This document shows positions 21,171 through 29,670 of a stretch of 64,000 bases of DNA, one piece after another (position 1 is the stretch's first letter; each line of letters starts with the position of its first letter). The translations under genes and the position numbers were made by a program. Origin of the DNA: an uncultured virus (IMG/VR IMGVR_UViG_3300009181_007169) (lineage: Duplodnaviria > Heunggongvirae > Uroviricota > Caudoviricetes); the IMG/VR virus record IMGVR_UViG_3300009181_007169; one strand, written 5' to 3'. The notes beneath the pieces are model-generated. The model saw only the letters and a list, made by a program, of their open reading frames with translations, was not told the origin of the DNA and made no database searches.

Positions 21171-21956
21171 TTATACGCTATAATCCTTTATATATTCTTT
21201 TTCTAAACACAAAAGTTCCAAAATACTCACACAATCTGAATCATTTCCAAGCCATTTTTGAATTAAACTGTCTTTTCTTCGCCACTTGCCAGAATTATAA
21301 TATTCAAAGCCTGGAAAATTTATTTTATAAATTCCTGCATTTTCAGCAACACAGCCAATGTAAACATAATCAAATCCTAATGATTTAGCATACTCCACTT
21401 CTTGTATTTGTGAAAATTTACCTAAACTCAATTTAGAATTTTCATAATCCCAGCAAAATTGGTATGATACTAAACTATTTTGAAAAACTTGAATCAAGCA
21501 AAAACCAATAAGTTTATTGTCTAGCCTATATTCTAAAAACTCAAAATCATTTCGGCAAAAACCATCTATAAAATCTTGTAAATTGTCTTTATAATCTTCA
21601 AATTTTTTTGCACGAATATATTTCAAATACACTTCATAAAATTCTTCATAATTTATTTCATTGGCTTTTACATTTTTTGTTAAAACATTATTTTTTAACA
21701 ATCTTCTATCTTTTTTATTCAAAACAAAATCTTTCACTACAATTCTAGAAGATCTCACTGGAACCCAAACAAATTCGCCAGGTTTTTTACATCGAATTGA
21801 ATGTTTGGTATTTTCATTGAGCCAAAAATTATCAGGGAAAAAACCATTTTCTAAAGCATAATCAAATTCATCTTTTTCAAAAATTGCTGTAACAAGTGTA
21901 TGATTAAAATTATAATCAGTTTGCTGAAAAAGAATATGATCAAAAAATATTTTCAT
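21171..21956 (-). CDS. Aminoacyl-tRNA--protein transferase (ATE/Bpt-like, GNAT fold)
   Basis: C-terminal WDYENSKLSLGKFSQIQEVEYAKSLGFDYVYIG...YK..F matches the ATE_C pattern; LENGF and RSSRI...F....R.LLK match the N-terminal part. Confidence 0.75.
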   Translation of the reverse strand: MKIFFDHILFQQTDYNFNHTLVTAIFEKDEFDYALENGFFPDNFWLNENTKHSIRCKKPGEFVWVPVRSSRIVVKDFVLNKKDRRLLKNNVLTKNVKANEINYEEFYEVYLKYIRAKKFEDYKDNLQDFIDGFCRNDFEFLEYRLDNKLIGFCLIQVFQNSLVSYQFCWDYENSKLSLGKFSQIQEVEYAKSLGFDYVYIGCVAENAGIYKINFPGFEYYNSGKWRRKDSLIQKWLGNDSDCVSILELLCLEKEYIKDYSV

Positions 21957-22498
21957 TCTACTGTAAAAATTTTATTCAATGGCTTATAATCTATTTTAGA
22001 AACATCTGGCTGCAATCCTGTATCATGCCACAAAATTCTATTGTTTGGCGCAGCTGCAATGTTGCCATTGTCTAAAAATAAAATGTGACAGCATTTTGCT
22101 ATGCCTGGATGATCAGAATATTCAGAATCATAAAAATCCACTGTAGTGAAGTAAGTGGCATCATATTTAATTCTTTTTTCGCCCGAATAATATTCACATC
22201 TTAAATACTTTAAATAATCATAAGTGATATTAGAAACATGAAAACTAAAAGCATCATAAGTGACTAAATTTTCTAAATTCATTTTTTCATAATCTTTTTT
22301 CAATACTAAAGAATGAACGGGAAGTTTGGAAAACATTGCTCCATGTTCTGTTAAAACATGAAATTGCAGCACCTGCCCTCTAGTGCTACTAATAGCAAAA
22401 GCTTTAGCTTTAATCAAAGCATCAGATTGTGTAAAGTTGGTTAAAAATTCTTTTTTCACATAACATTCGAAATGGGGAATATTACAATTTAATGTCAT
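21953..22498 (-). CDS. Conserved hypothetical phage protein
   Basis: LN.NIP...VKKEFL...GAMF..LP.H...H...LDNGN.AA.PNNR..W pattern familiar from phage hypothetical proteins. Confidence 0.6.
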   Translation of the reverse strand: MTLNCNIPHFECYVKKEFLTNFTQSDALIKAKAFAISSTRGQVLQFHVLTEHGAMFSKLPVHSLVLKKDYEKMNLENLVTYDAFSFHVSNITYDYLKYLRCEYYSGEKRIKYDATYFTTVDFYDSEYSDHPGIAKCCHILFLDNGNIAAAPNNRILWHDTGLQPDVSKIDYKPLNKIFTVE

Positions 22499-22545
22499 AT
22501 TTTATTTTTACAGGTTTATTAAAAAAATGTTTTAAATAACTTAAT

Positions 22546-23400
22546 ATGGGTAAAATTCCTTATGTTGGACTAAGAATGACAGTAACAGAGCTTAAAAAAT
22601 ATTTGGAAGCTTTGTCTTTTACTACTTTTAAACCACAATTTACAGTGGTTCATCACACAGCCTCACCCAATCTTTCTCAAAGACCTAATGGATTCACTGA
22701 TCAACATTTGCTTAACTTAAAGTATTATTATGAAAATGTTATGAACTGGAATGGTGCTCCTCACTTTTTTGTTGACGATAAAGGCATAATTGTTTTCCAA
22801 GCTTTAAATAAACCTGGAGTGCATGCAAAAAGCTATAATTCGAACTCATGGGGGATTGAAATGCTCGGTGATTACGACACATCTACTGATTTTAATTCGC
22901 TTAGGGCAAAAGAAATTTTCGAAAACACTCATGAGCTTGTAGGATTTCTATGCCACTTTTTAAAAGTAGATCCAACTTCATTAAAGTTTCACAGAGATGA
23001 CCCATTGACGAACAAAACATGTCCAGGCAAATTAGTGGATAAACCAACATTCATTAAAGAAGTTAATAAATTTTACCAAATCTATAATGGTGATGGAGTG
23101 GATTCATGGACAAATCCTGTATTTGAAATTACTTTTGAATCAAATGTTTTTATTTGGTCACAAACTAGAGTAGAAAATTCAAGAACCATTATTCCAGCAA
23201 GAGCTTTTATCAATAAATTAATGCCCAAAAACTTTGCGTTAACCAAGTTAGGTGATAATGTAATTTGGATGAATGGCTTAAAGGGTTACTCCACACCTGT
23301 GGCAGAAGTGGATGAAGCTGGTAATGCATGGATTTTCTTAAGAAATGTTTGCGAAAAAACAGGGGCAAAATTTGAACTGGTTAGAGCAAAAAAATTGTAA
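22546..23400 (+). CDS. N-acetylmuramoyl-L-alanine amidase (Amidase_2 family), probable endolysin
   Basis: VVHHTA, HFFV, HA..YN..SWGIEM.G, FHRD, KTCPG zinc-amidase motifs. Confidence 0.88.
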   Translation: MGKIPYVGLRMTVTELKKYLEALSFTTFKPQFTVVHHTASPNLSQRPNGFTDQHLLNLKYYYENVMNWNGAPHFFVDDKGIIVFQALNKPGVHAKSYNSNSWGIEMLGDYDTSTDFNSLRAKEIFENTHELVGFLCHFLKVDPTSLKFHRDDPLTNKTCPGKLVDKPTFIKEVNKFYQIYNGDGVDSWTNPVFEITFESNVFIWSQTRVENSRTIIPARAFINKLMPKNFALTKLGDNVIWMNGLKGYSTPVAEVDEAGNAWIFLRNVCEKTGAKFELVRAKKL

Positions 23401-23409
23401 AATAAATTT

Positions 23410-23718
23410 ATGAAATTTAACTCATCTACACAATCTGAAAAAGCTTTAACTAAAGAAGAATTTAATAATTATGCACAGCTTCGTTCTGGGGTATTAAACT
23501 TGAAAGGCAAGCGCTCTGACATATTTGACATGTTGAGAAATGTAGAAAAACAAATGGCTTCTTTGCAAGAAGAATTTAGAGCTAATCAAGAAATGATAGA
23601 AAAACTTGAAATGGAATTTCAAACATTTATTGATGACCTTGGTAAGAAATATGAATTGGGAAATGGGCTATTTAACATTTCAGAAAATGCACCACACACA
23701 ATTGAGCTGGTCTCATAA
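23410..23718 (+). CDS. Hypothetical coiled-coil protein
   Basis: 102-aa ORF directly after the amidase. Confidence 0.6.
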   Translation: MKFNSSTQSEKALTKEEFNNYAQLRSGVLNLKGKRSDIFDMLRNVEKQMASLQEEFRANQEMIEKLEMEFQTFIDDLGKKYELGNGLFNISENAPHTIELVS

Positions 23719-23825
23719 TTTGTTTTGTGTGAAGGTAATCAAATGACCATCAAATAAAAAAAGAGAATTTTTGAATCTAAAAAACAGAAAAAAAACGTTT
23801 TTATCAAATACCCATCAAATAAAAA

Positions 23826-23899
23826 TGGCACCAGAGCTGGGATTTGAACCCAGGCAAAAAGGTTTCGAAGACCTATTGGAACAACCTACTCTCTCTGGT
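23826..23899 (-). tRNA. trnR: tRNA-Arg(TCG), degenerate D-arm
   Basis: Acceptor ACCAGAG/CTCTGGT, G73-CCA, T-arm CTGGG-TTCAAAT-CCCAG, anticodon loop CTTCGAA. Confidence 0.75.
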
Positions 23900-23902
23900 A
23901 TA

Positions 23903-23976
23903 TGGAGCACGATACTGGACTTGAACCAGTGATCAGGATTTTGCAGACCCTCGCCTTGCCTCTTGGCTAATCGTGC
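23903..23976 (-). tRNA. trnC: tRNA-Cys(GCA)
   Basis: Full cloverleaf, loop CTGCAAA, U73-CCA. Confidence 0.93.
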
Positions 23977-23979
23977 GTT

Positions 23980-24053
23980 TGGGGGCAAATAAAAGAATCG
24001 AACTTTTGTCTTAGATGTATGAAATCTGCGCTCTACCATTAAGCTAATTTGCC
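23980..24053 (-). tRNA. tRNA with CAT anticodon (Met or Ile2)
   Basis: GGCAAAT/ATTTGCC acceptor, loop TTCATAC, unusual C73, encoded CCA. Confidence 0.85.
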
Positions 24054-24058
24054 GAAAT

Positions 24059-24133
24059 TGGTATCCGAATTTGGATTTGAACCAAAAACCTCAATCTTAT
24101 ATAGATTATGCTCTGCCATTGAGCTACTCGGAT
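24059..24133 (-). tRNA. trnI: tRNA-Ile(TAT) with A at position 33
   Basis: Cloverleaf, stem TAATC/GATTG, loop TATATAA, A73-CCA. Confidence 0.75.
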
Positions 24134-24134
24134 A

Positions 24135-24221
24135 TGGCTGAGGAACCACGATTCGAACGTGGACAAGCAAATATGTCTCTAGGGTCAAAACCTAGCGTGT
24201 TACCAATTACACTATTCCTCA
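24135..24221 (-). tRNA. trnQ: tRNA-Gln(TTG) with long variable arm
   Basis: U1-A72, G73, loop TTTTGAC, 16-nt variable region AGACATATTTGCTTGT. Confidence 0.88.
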
Positions 24222-24227
24222 GTAAAA

Positions 24228-24301
24228 TGGTGTTGCCCGAAGGAATTGAACCTTCGCCTTCCCCTGCAGTGGGACGCTCTACCAACTGAGCTAGAGACAA
24301 C
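24228..24301 (-). tRNA. tRNA-like gene of undetermined identity (shortened anticodon arm)
   Basis: Canonical D-arm (TAGCTCAGTTGGTAGAGC), T-arm and CCA; anticodon arm TCCC-ACTGCAG-GGGA has only 4 bp. Confidence 0.65.
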
Positions 24302-24308
24302 ATAAACT

Positions 24309-24395
24309 TGGCGGAAGCGGAGAGATTCGAACTCTCAAGACCTTATCAGCCCAGCCGTTTTCAAGACGGTTTATCACACCTATGACAGCACTTCC
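24309..24395 (-). tRNA. trnS: tRNA-Ser(TGA)
   Basis: GGAAGTG/CGCTTCC, G73-CCA, loop CTTGAAA, long variable arm. Confidence 0.9.
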
Positions 24396-24886
24396 TTTAT
24401 TTTTAATTTACTATCGCTTACTTTTTCCAAAATAATTATACCGCGAGAAACCTCTGCATGATGGTTTGGGCAGATAGCAAACATATTTCCTATTTTATAT
24501 TCACCACCTTCTTTTCCAGGTATGTGTCTATGAATATCATAAGTGATATTATAGTTGCATCCCTCAACCATACAAGATGTAATAGCAAACTCAGTCAAAA
24601 GTATTGACAATCTGAGTTTAGATTTATTATTCCATACATTTCCATCTTTGCGGTAATGAATTCCACAACGGCTTTTATTTGAACAACTACGACTACAAAA
24701 TGTAGATTTTGAACTATCTGGTTTGAAAAAATTTTGACACACTGGGCATTTCTTTTCTGCAAGTTTATTTGTTTTTTTAGATGGATTACAACTAGAACAA
24801 TAAAATTTTATTTGTGCTTTTATTTGAAATGGTCTGCGATAAATTTCATTCGAGCAGATTGAGCATTGAGTGTTTGGTTTTCTCAT
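24380..24886 (-). mobile_element. Free-standing HNH homing endonuclease with N-terminal Zn fingers inside the tRNA array
   Basis: MRKPNTQCSIC..YCSSC..CPVC..FCSRSC; C-terminal DIHRHIPGKEGG.Y...NMFAICPNHHAEV. Start moved to ATG 24886 because the track start lies inside tRNA-Ser(GCT). Confidence 0.85.
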
Positions 24887-24950
24887 ATGTGAATATTCAA
24901 AACTTAATAAAACCACTCCTGCACAGAGCCAACTGGTCACTCCCCGTATA

Positions 24951-25037
24951 TGGAGGAAGGCACTGGAATTGAACCAGAGACCTTTCAGTCCGAAATGTTT
25001 AGCAAACATTCGCCAAAACCATTCAGCATTACCTTCC
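24951..25037 (-). tRNA. trnS: tRNA-Ser(GCT)
   Basis: GGAAGGT/GCCTTCC, loop TTGCTAA, long variable arm, CCA. Confidence 0.9.
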
Positions 25038-25047
25038 TTAAAAAATT

Positions 25048-25123
25048 TGGTGGATTCCCAGAGAATTGAACTCTATCCTAAGCGTCTTCAGCGCTTCGTG
25101 CACACCAGCTACACCTGAAATCC
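25048..25123 (-). tRNA. trnF: tRNA-Phe(GAA)
   Basis: Stem AAGCG/CGCTT, loop CTGAAGA, A73-CCA. Confidence 0.92.
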
Positions 25124-25127
25124 ATAT

Positions 25128-25203
25128 TGGAGCGATATGTCAGACTTGAACTGACACAATCTGGTTGGAAGCCAGGTATGCTAACCATTAACATCAATAT
25201 CGC
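25128..25203 (-). tRNA. trnG: tRNA-Gly(TCC)
   Basis: GCGATAT/ATATCGC, loop CTTCCAA, U73-CCA. Confidence 0.93.
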
Positions 25204-25214
25204 TCATTATTTTA

Positions 25215-25226
25215 TTGTCAAAGTAC
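25215..25226 (-). promoter_or_regulatory. boxA-like element upstream of tRNA array 1
   Basis: GTACTTTGACAA, similar to rrn boxA; a related 12-mer sits at the same place before array 2. Confidence 0.45.
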
Positions 25227-25228
25227 AT

Positions 25229-25267
25229 AAAAAAATCCCTGAAGTTTTTTTGGTCTTCAGGGATTTT
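25229..25267 (-). terminator. Intrinsic terminator (attenuator) between leader peptide 1 and tRNA array 1
   Basis: AAAATCCCTGAAG-10-nt loop-CTTCAGGGA-TTTTTTT. Confidence 0.85.
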
Positions 25268-25294
25268 GGTGAAAATTTTGCTTACAGCAGGATT

Positions 25295-25360
25295 TTAGCC
25301 ACTACCCCCTTGGGTTGACCACATAAAACATCCAATACTGCCCTGCAAATTTAATTTCAT
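25295..25360 (-). CDS. Putative attenuator leader peptide 1, MKLNLQGSIGCFMWSTQGGSG (21 aa)
   Basis: AAGGAA RBS at 25367-25372, ATG 25360, TAA 25295-25297; codons match array-1 tRNAs; terminator follows. Confidence 0.8.
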   Translation of the reverse strand: MKLNLQGSIGCFMWSTQGGSG

Positions 25361-25449
25361 AATTATTTCCTTATTATATATATACGACACAATCTCCTAT
25401 TTGTTCTGTAAAAATTAGGTTTTTTTATTTTTTTCTTGAAATTCAGATT

Positions 25450-27195
25450 GTGTGGTATAAATTTGCAAAAATAATTATAGCTGGCAAAGAACATATAATA
25501 AGGAAGATTGCAGAATATTTTAGCGATCAAGGGCAGGATCCTTCCCAACTTAGTGAGAGACTAAATGAGCTTGATAAAGCAAATAAACTTCCAATTATAG
25601 AATTAAGAAAAGATGGAGTGATGTTTGATAATAACATTTACACAGATTTTCTTAAATTTACCGAAGCTGTAGATGCTCTTCATACTATATTAGTTTTCTC
25701 CAAACAAATAAAAGAACAAAAAGAATTAACTAAAGAAAAAATTGATTTTGTACCAGGAAAGATACAAGTAGTTGCCTGCAATGATGTCAATGACGCAATT
25801 AGATATGGCGCAGGAACAAGTTGGTGTATATCACAGCCTGGAAATACAGAATTTCAATCCTATAAGAATAAATACCAATCTACTTTTTACTATGTAAATG
25901 ATGGCACCAGACCACCAGAAGATCCATTATCAAGAGTGATGGTTGATATGCAAGCAAATGGTATCGTAAAACTTACGGACAAAAATAATCGCACTGGGAC
26001 AATAGCTGAGTTTGACGAAGATCATGAAGCTTATTTTGATTATCTTAGAAAAAACGGTGTAGATACATCACAATTTGTAAATAAAACTCTAACAGAAGAA
26101 GAAATAAATGAAAATGAATTATTAGAATACAGAAATGTTACACCAAATTGGTTTGAAAAGTTACCATTAAAATTACAACTTAAATATATAGGAAGAGGAC
26201 ATCTTTTAACGGATGAACAATTAAAATTCATTATTAATTTACCAACAATATCTGGATATTTGATTGAACAATATCTTAATACAGGAGTTAGTATTCCTCA
26301 AAGTCAAAAAGATATGCTTTTTGGCAAAAAACAATACAAAGACACTTATGACAGAAGAAGAGCAATTGCAATAAAAGAGATTAAAGAAGAGTTTGGGAAT
26401 GATAAGTATAGTCTAACAAGATATGCTTTAGAACATGGAGATTTTGAATTAATTGATGAAATCATAAATGAAAAAGACATAAGAAATTTTTATGATATAA
26501 AAGCACCCGAAGAAATGCTGAGATACTTGTTCAGCAAGGGATTAAGTGCAGATAATGTAGCTTGGGAGTGGGTTTCAGACAATTCACTATCTGAAAATTT
26601 TATTGAAGAATTTCAAGATCGTCTTGGTTGGTTTGAGATTTCACGAATGCAAATACTATCTGAAGATTTTATCAGAAGATACAAAGATGATGTGTATTGG
26701 AATTATATTTCCTCTTACCAAAATCTATCTGGAGATTTTATTTTAGAATTTGCTAAACGTTTAGACATGGATAAAGTCTTGAGGAATTATCCAATACCTG
26801 AAAAAATAATTAGAAATTTTGTAGACCGTGTGATTTGGGATGAAATTCCACGGCGTCAAAAACTATCTGAGGATTTCATCAAAGATTTTGCAGGTCGTTT
26901 GGGTTGGGGTAATATTTCACATTACCAAACACTATCCGAAGATTTTATCAGAAAATTCAAAGATAAGGTGAATTGGTATAATATTTCAAAAAAACAAACA
27001 CTATCTGAAGAATTCATTCGTGAATTTGCAGATAGTGTGGATTGGCGCGGGATTTCATTCAATCAAACACTATCGGAGGATTTCATCAAAGAATTTGCAG
27101 AACGTTTGAGTTGGGATGGGATTTCACAAAACCCTAAAATCTCAAGACAAACCAAACTCAATGTTTATTACAAGCTAAAATTTAAAAAACCCTAA
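25450..27195 (+). CDS. Tryptophan-repeat protein, paralog 1
   Basis: YGAGTSWCIS N-terminal domain; C-terminal ~22-aa repeats W..IS..Q.LSE.FI..F.D.V; MWYKFAK start. Confidence 0.75.
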   Translation: MWYKFAKIIIAGKEHIIRKIAEYFSDQGQDPSQLSERLNELDKANKLPIIELRKDGVMFDNNIYTDFLKFTEAVDALHTILVFSKQIKEQKELTKEKIDFVPGKIQVVACNDVNDAIRYGAGTSWCISQPGNTEFQSYKNKYQSTFYYVNDGTRPPEDPLSRVMVDMQANGIVKLTDKNNRTGTIAEFDEDHEAYFDYLRKNGVDTSQFVNKTLTEEEINENELLEYRNVTPNWFEKLPLKLQLKYIGRGHLLTDEQLKFIINLPTISGYLIEQYLNTGVSIPQSQKDMLFGKKQYKDTYDRRRAIAIKEIKEEFGNDKYSLTRYALEHGDFELIDEIINEKDIRNFYDIKAPEEMLRYLFSKGLSADNVAWEWVSDNSLSENFIEEFQDRLGWFEISRMQILSEDFIRRYKDDVYWNYISSYQNLSGDFILEFAKRLDMDKVLRNYPIPEKIIRNFVDRVIWDEIPRRQKLSEDFIKDFAGRLGWGNISHYQTLSEDFIRKFKDKVNWYNISKKQTLSEEFIREFADSVDWRGISFNQTLSEDFIKEFAERLSWDGISQNPKISRQTKLNVYYKLKFKKP

Positions 27196-27265
27196 CATCT
27201 CAGACCAAACCAAACACAATCTGAAAGCAGCAGGATATCCGATACAAATTTAGGAAATTCAGATT

Positions 27266-28978
27266 GTGTGGTATAGATTTGCAAAAATAATTATAGCTGG
27301 CAAAGAACATATAATAAGGAAGATTGCAGATTATTTCAGTAATCAAGGGCACAATACTTCCCAACTTAGTGAGAGACTAAATGAGCTTGATAAAGCAAAT
27401 AAACTTCCAATTATAGAATTAAGAAAAGATGGAGTGATGTTCGATAATAAATTTTACACAGATTTTCTTGAATTTACCGAAGCAGTGGACGCTCTTTATA
27501 CTGAATTGATTTTTTTAAAACAAAAAAAAGAACAAAAAGAATTAACTAAAGAAAAAATTAATTTTACACCTGGAGAGATACAAGTATTTGCTTGTAATAG
27601 TGTTAACGATACAATTAGATATGGTGCAGGAACATCATGGTGTATATCACAACCTGGAAATACAATGTTTCAATCCTACAGGGATAATTACCAATCCACT
27701 TTTTACTATGTAAGTGATGGGACAAGACCACCAGAAGATCCATTATCAAGAGTGATGGTTGATATGCAAGCAAAAGGTATCGTAAAACTTACTGACAAAA
27801 ATAATCAAACTGGGACAATAGCTGAGTTTGGCAATGATTATGAAACTTATTTTGATTATCTTAGACAAAATGGTGTAGATACATCAATATTTGTAAATAA
27901 ACCCGTAACAGAAGAAGAAAGAAAAGAAAATGAATTATTAGGAAAAAGAAATGTTACACCAAATTGGTTTGAAGAGTTGCCAGCAGAATATAAATCTAAA
28001 TATATAGGCAGGGGGCATCTTTTAACTGATCAACAATTAGAGTCTATTATTAATTTACAATCTGTGACATCAAATAATACAGCTGATTTTTTGATTGAAC
28101 AATATCTTAATACAGGAATTAGTATCCCTCCAAGCCAAAAAGCTATGCTTTTTGGCAATAATCAATACAGAGCCACTTATAACAGAAGAAGAAACATTGC
28201 AATAGAAGAGATTAAAAAACATCTTGGGAATGATGATTGGCGTGTAAAAGACTATGCTTTGAGATCTGGAGATTTTGAATTAATTGATGAAATCATAAAT
28301 GAAAAAGGTATAAATAATTATAATTTTTATTATGTTAACGCACCAGAAGAAATGCTGAGATACTTGTTTAGTAAGGGATTAAGTGCAGATCGTGTAGCTT
28401 GGGATTTGATTTCAAGCCGCCCACTATTGTCTGAAGAATTCATTCGTGAATTTGCAGACAGTTTGGATTGGGACATAATTTCACAATACCAAACACTATC
28501 TGGAGATTTTATTTTAGATTTCGAAGACAGTTTAGACATGGATAAAGTCTTGAAGAATTATCCAATACCTGAAAAAGTAATTAGAACATTTGCAGACCGC
28601 GTGGATTGGAATGAAATTTCACGTAAACAACCACTATCTGAAGAATTCATCAGAGAATTTAAAAACCGTGTGGATTGGTGGAGTATTTCAGCTAAACAAA
28701 AATTGTCTGAGGATTTCATCATAGAATTTGCAGACCGTGTGAATTGGAAGGAAATTTCATGGCACCAAAAATTGTCTGAGGATTTGATCAAAGATTTTGC
28801 AGACCGTGTGGATTGGACTGTGATTTCACGTAACCAAAAATTGTCTGAAAGATTCATCAAAGAATTTGCAGAATTTGGTCGCATAAATCCTTATAGTCTT
28901 GAAATTAATCCAAATATATCAGATAAGATTAAAAAACAGTTGGGGACCTTATTCCCGTGGTATAGACCCTCAACTTAG
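27266..28978 (+). CDS. Tryptophan-repeat protein, paralog 2 (tandem duplicate)
   Basis: Near-identical N-terminal DNA and protein to the 25450 ORF; same repeats. Confidence 0.75.
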   Translation: MWYRFAKIIIAGKEHIIRKIADYFSNQGHNTSQLSERLNELDKANKLPIIELRKDGVMFDNKFYTDFLEFTEAVDALYTELIFLKQKKEQKELTKEKINFTPGEIQVFACNSVNDTIRYGAGTSWCISQPGNTMFQSYRDNYQSTFYYVSDGTRPPEDPLSRVMVDMQAKGIVKLTDKNNQTGTIAEFGNDYETYFDYLRQNGVDTSIFVNKPVTEEERKENELLGKRNVTPNWFEELPAEYKSKYIGRGHLLTDQQLESIINLQSVTSNNTADFLIEQYLNTGISIPPSQKAMLFGNNQYRATYNRRRNIAIEEIKKHLGNDDWRVKDYALRSGDFELIDEIINEKGINNYNFYYVNAPEEMLRYLFSKGLSADRVAWDLISSRPLLSEEFIREFADSLDWDIISQYQTLSGDFILDFEDSLDMDKVLKNYPIPEKVIRTFADRVDWNEISRKQPLSEEFIREFKNRVDWWSISAKQKLSEDFIIEFADRVNWKEISWHQKLSEDLIKDFADRVDWTVISRNQKLSERFIKEFAEFGRINPYSLEINPNISDKIKKQLGTLFPWYRPST

Positions 28979-29013
28979 CAGGATATCCAATAAAAAATTA
29001 GTAAATTCAGATT

Positions 29014-29337
29014 GTGTGGTATAGATATTCTCAAAAAAAAATTCTACCTCCGGTACATGAAGGTTGCAAATGCTACATTGAACAAATGCCAGGGGGGAAC
29101 ACAATCTGGCAATTTACTGGAAACACTTGTGAAACCTGTAAAATTTTAGGAAGAGAATATAACCAAAAACAAAATTCGCCTGCTAACGAGCCTGCGCTTA
29201 TAAAGCCACCTATACCTGAACCACCAGCAGTTATTGAAGAGCCTTTATTTAATGAAGAAAAAAATACACAACAAATGAATTTCATGAACTTTAAATATGT
29301 TCCAAGAATATTTTATGATTTAAAAAATGGTCAGTGA
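29014..29337 (+). CDS. Small MWY-start protein with PPxHxxCxC motif (MuF-like Zn motif)
   Basis: LPPVHEGCKCYI...CETC; same upstream sequence as the two paralogs. Confidence 0.55.
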   Translation: MWYRYSQKKILPPVHEGCKCYIEQMPGGNTIWQFTGNTCETCKILGREYNQKQNSPANEPALIKPPIPEPPAVIEEPLFNEEKNTQQMNFMNFKYVPRIFYDLKNGQ

Positions 29338-29404
29338 GGTGGGATTTGAACCCACGCGCCTCTGGGTCACAACCAAAGAGCTCTACCATTTAAGCTACTC
29401 ACTT
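29328..29404 (-). tRNA. trnH: tRNA-His(GTG), atypical acceptor end
   Basis: Loop TTGTGAC, canonical D and T arms, A73-CCA, no encoded G-1:C73. Confidence 0.85.
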
Positions 29405-29407
29405 ATG

Positions 29408-29490
29408 TGGTACCGAAGGTGGGATTTGAACCCACACGTCAAAAGACAATAGTTTCTAAGACTATCGCGGCTACATTACGCCACTTCGGT
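29408..29490 (-). tRNA. trnL: tRNA-Leu(TAG)
   Basis: ACCGAAG/CTTCGGT, loop CTTAGAA, long variable arm, A73-CCA. Confidence 0.92.
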
Positions 29491-29494
29491 ATTA

Positions 29495-29573
29495 TGGTGT
29501 AAAATGTGGGATTCGAACCCACCTGATATCCAAGGTGCAAGCTTGGCGACCACCCCCAGCAGTCCCATTTCAC
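29495..29573 (-). tRNA. trnA: tRNA-Ala(TGC)
   Basis: Loop CTTGCAC, G3:U70 identity pair, A73-CCA. Confidence 0.92.
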
Positions 29574-29580
29574 GAAAATT

Positions 29581-29665
29581 TGGTGGGGACAGTAGGACTC
29601 GAACCTACGAAATCTTTCGATAGAAGATTTACAGTCTTCTGCAATTGCCGCTATGCGATATCCCC
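29581..29665 (-). tRNA. trnY: tRNA-Tyr(GTA)
   Basis: Loop CTGTAAA, long variable arm, A73-CCA. Confidence 0.94.
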
Positions 29666-29670
29666 AAACT

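Noticed and set aside
23815..25318. Track ORFs 23815-24039, 24071-24289, 24870-25118 and 25127-25318
   Set aside because: They overlap tRNA genes or the attenuator and are spurious translations of structured RNA.
26560..28880. ~66-nt periodic repeats considered as a CRISPR array or DGR template/variable repeats
   Set aside because: They are degenerate in-frame protein repeats with no constant repeat/unique spacer pattern, and there is no cas or reverse transcriptase gene in the window.
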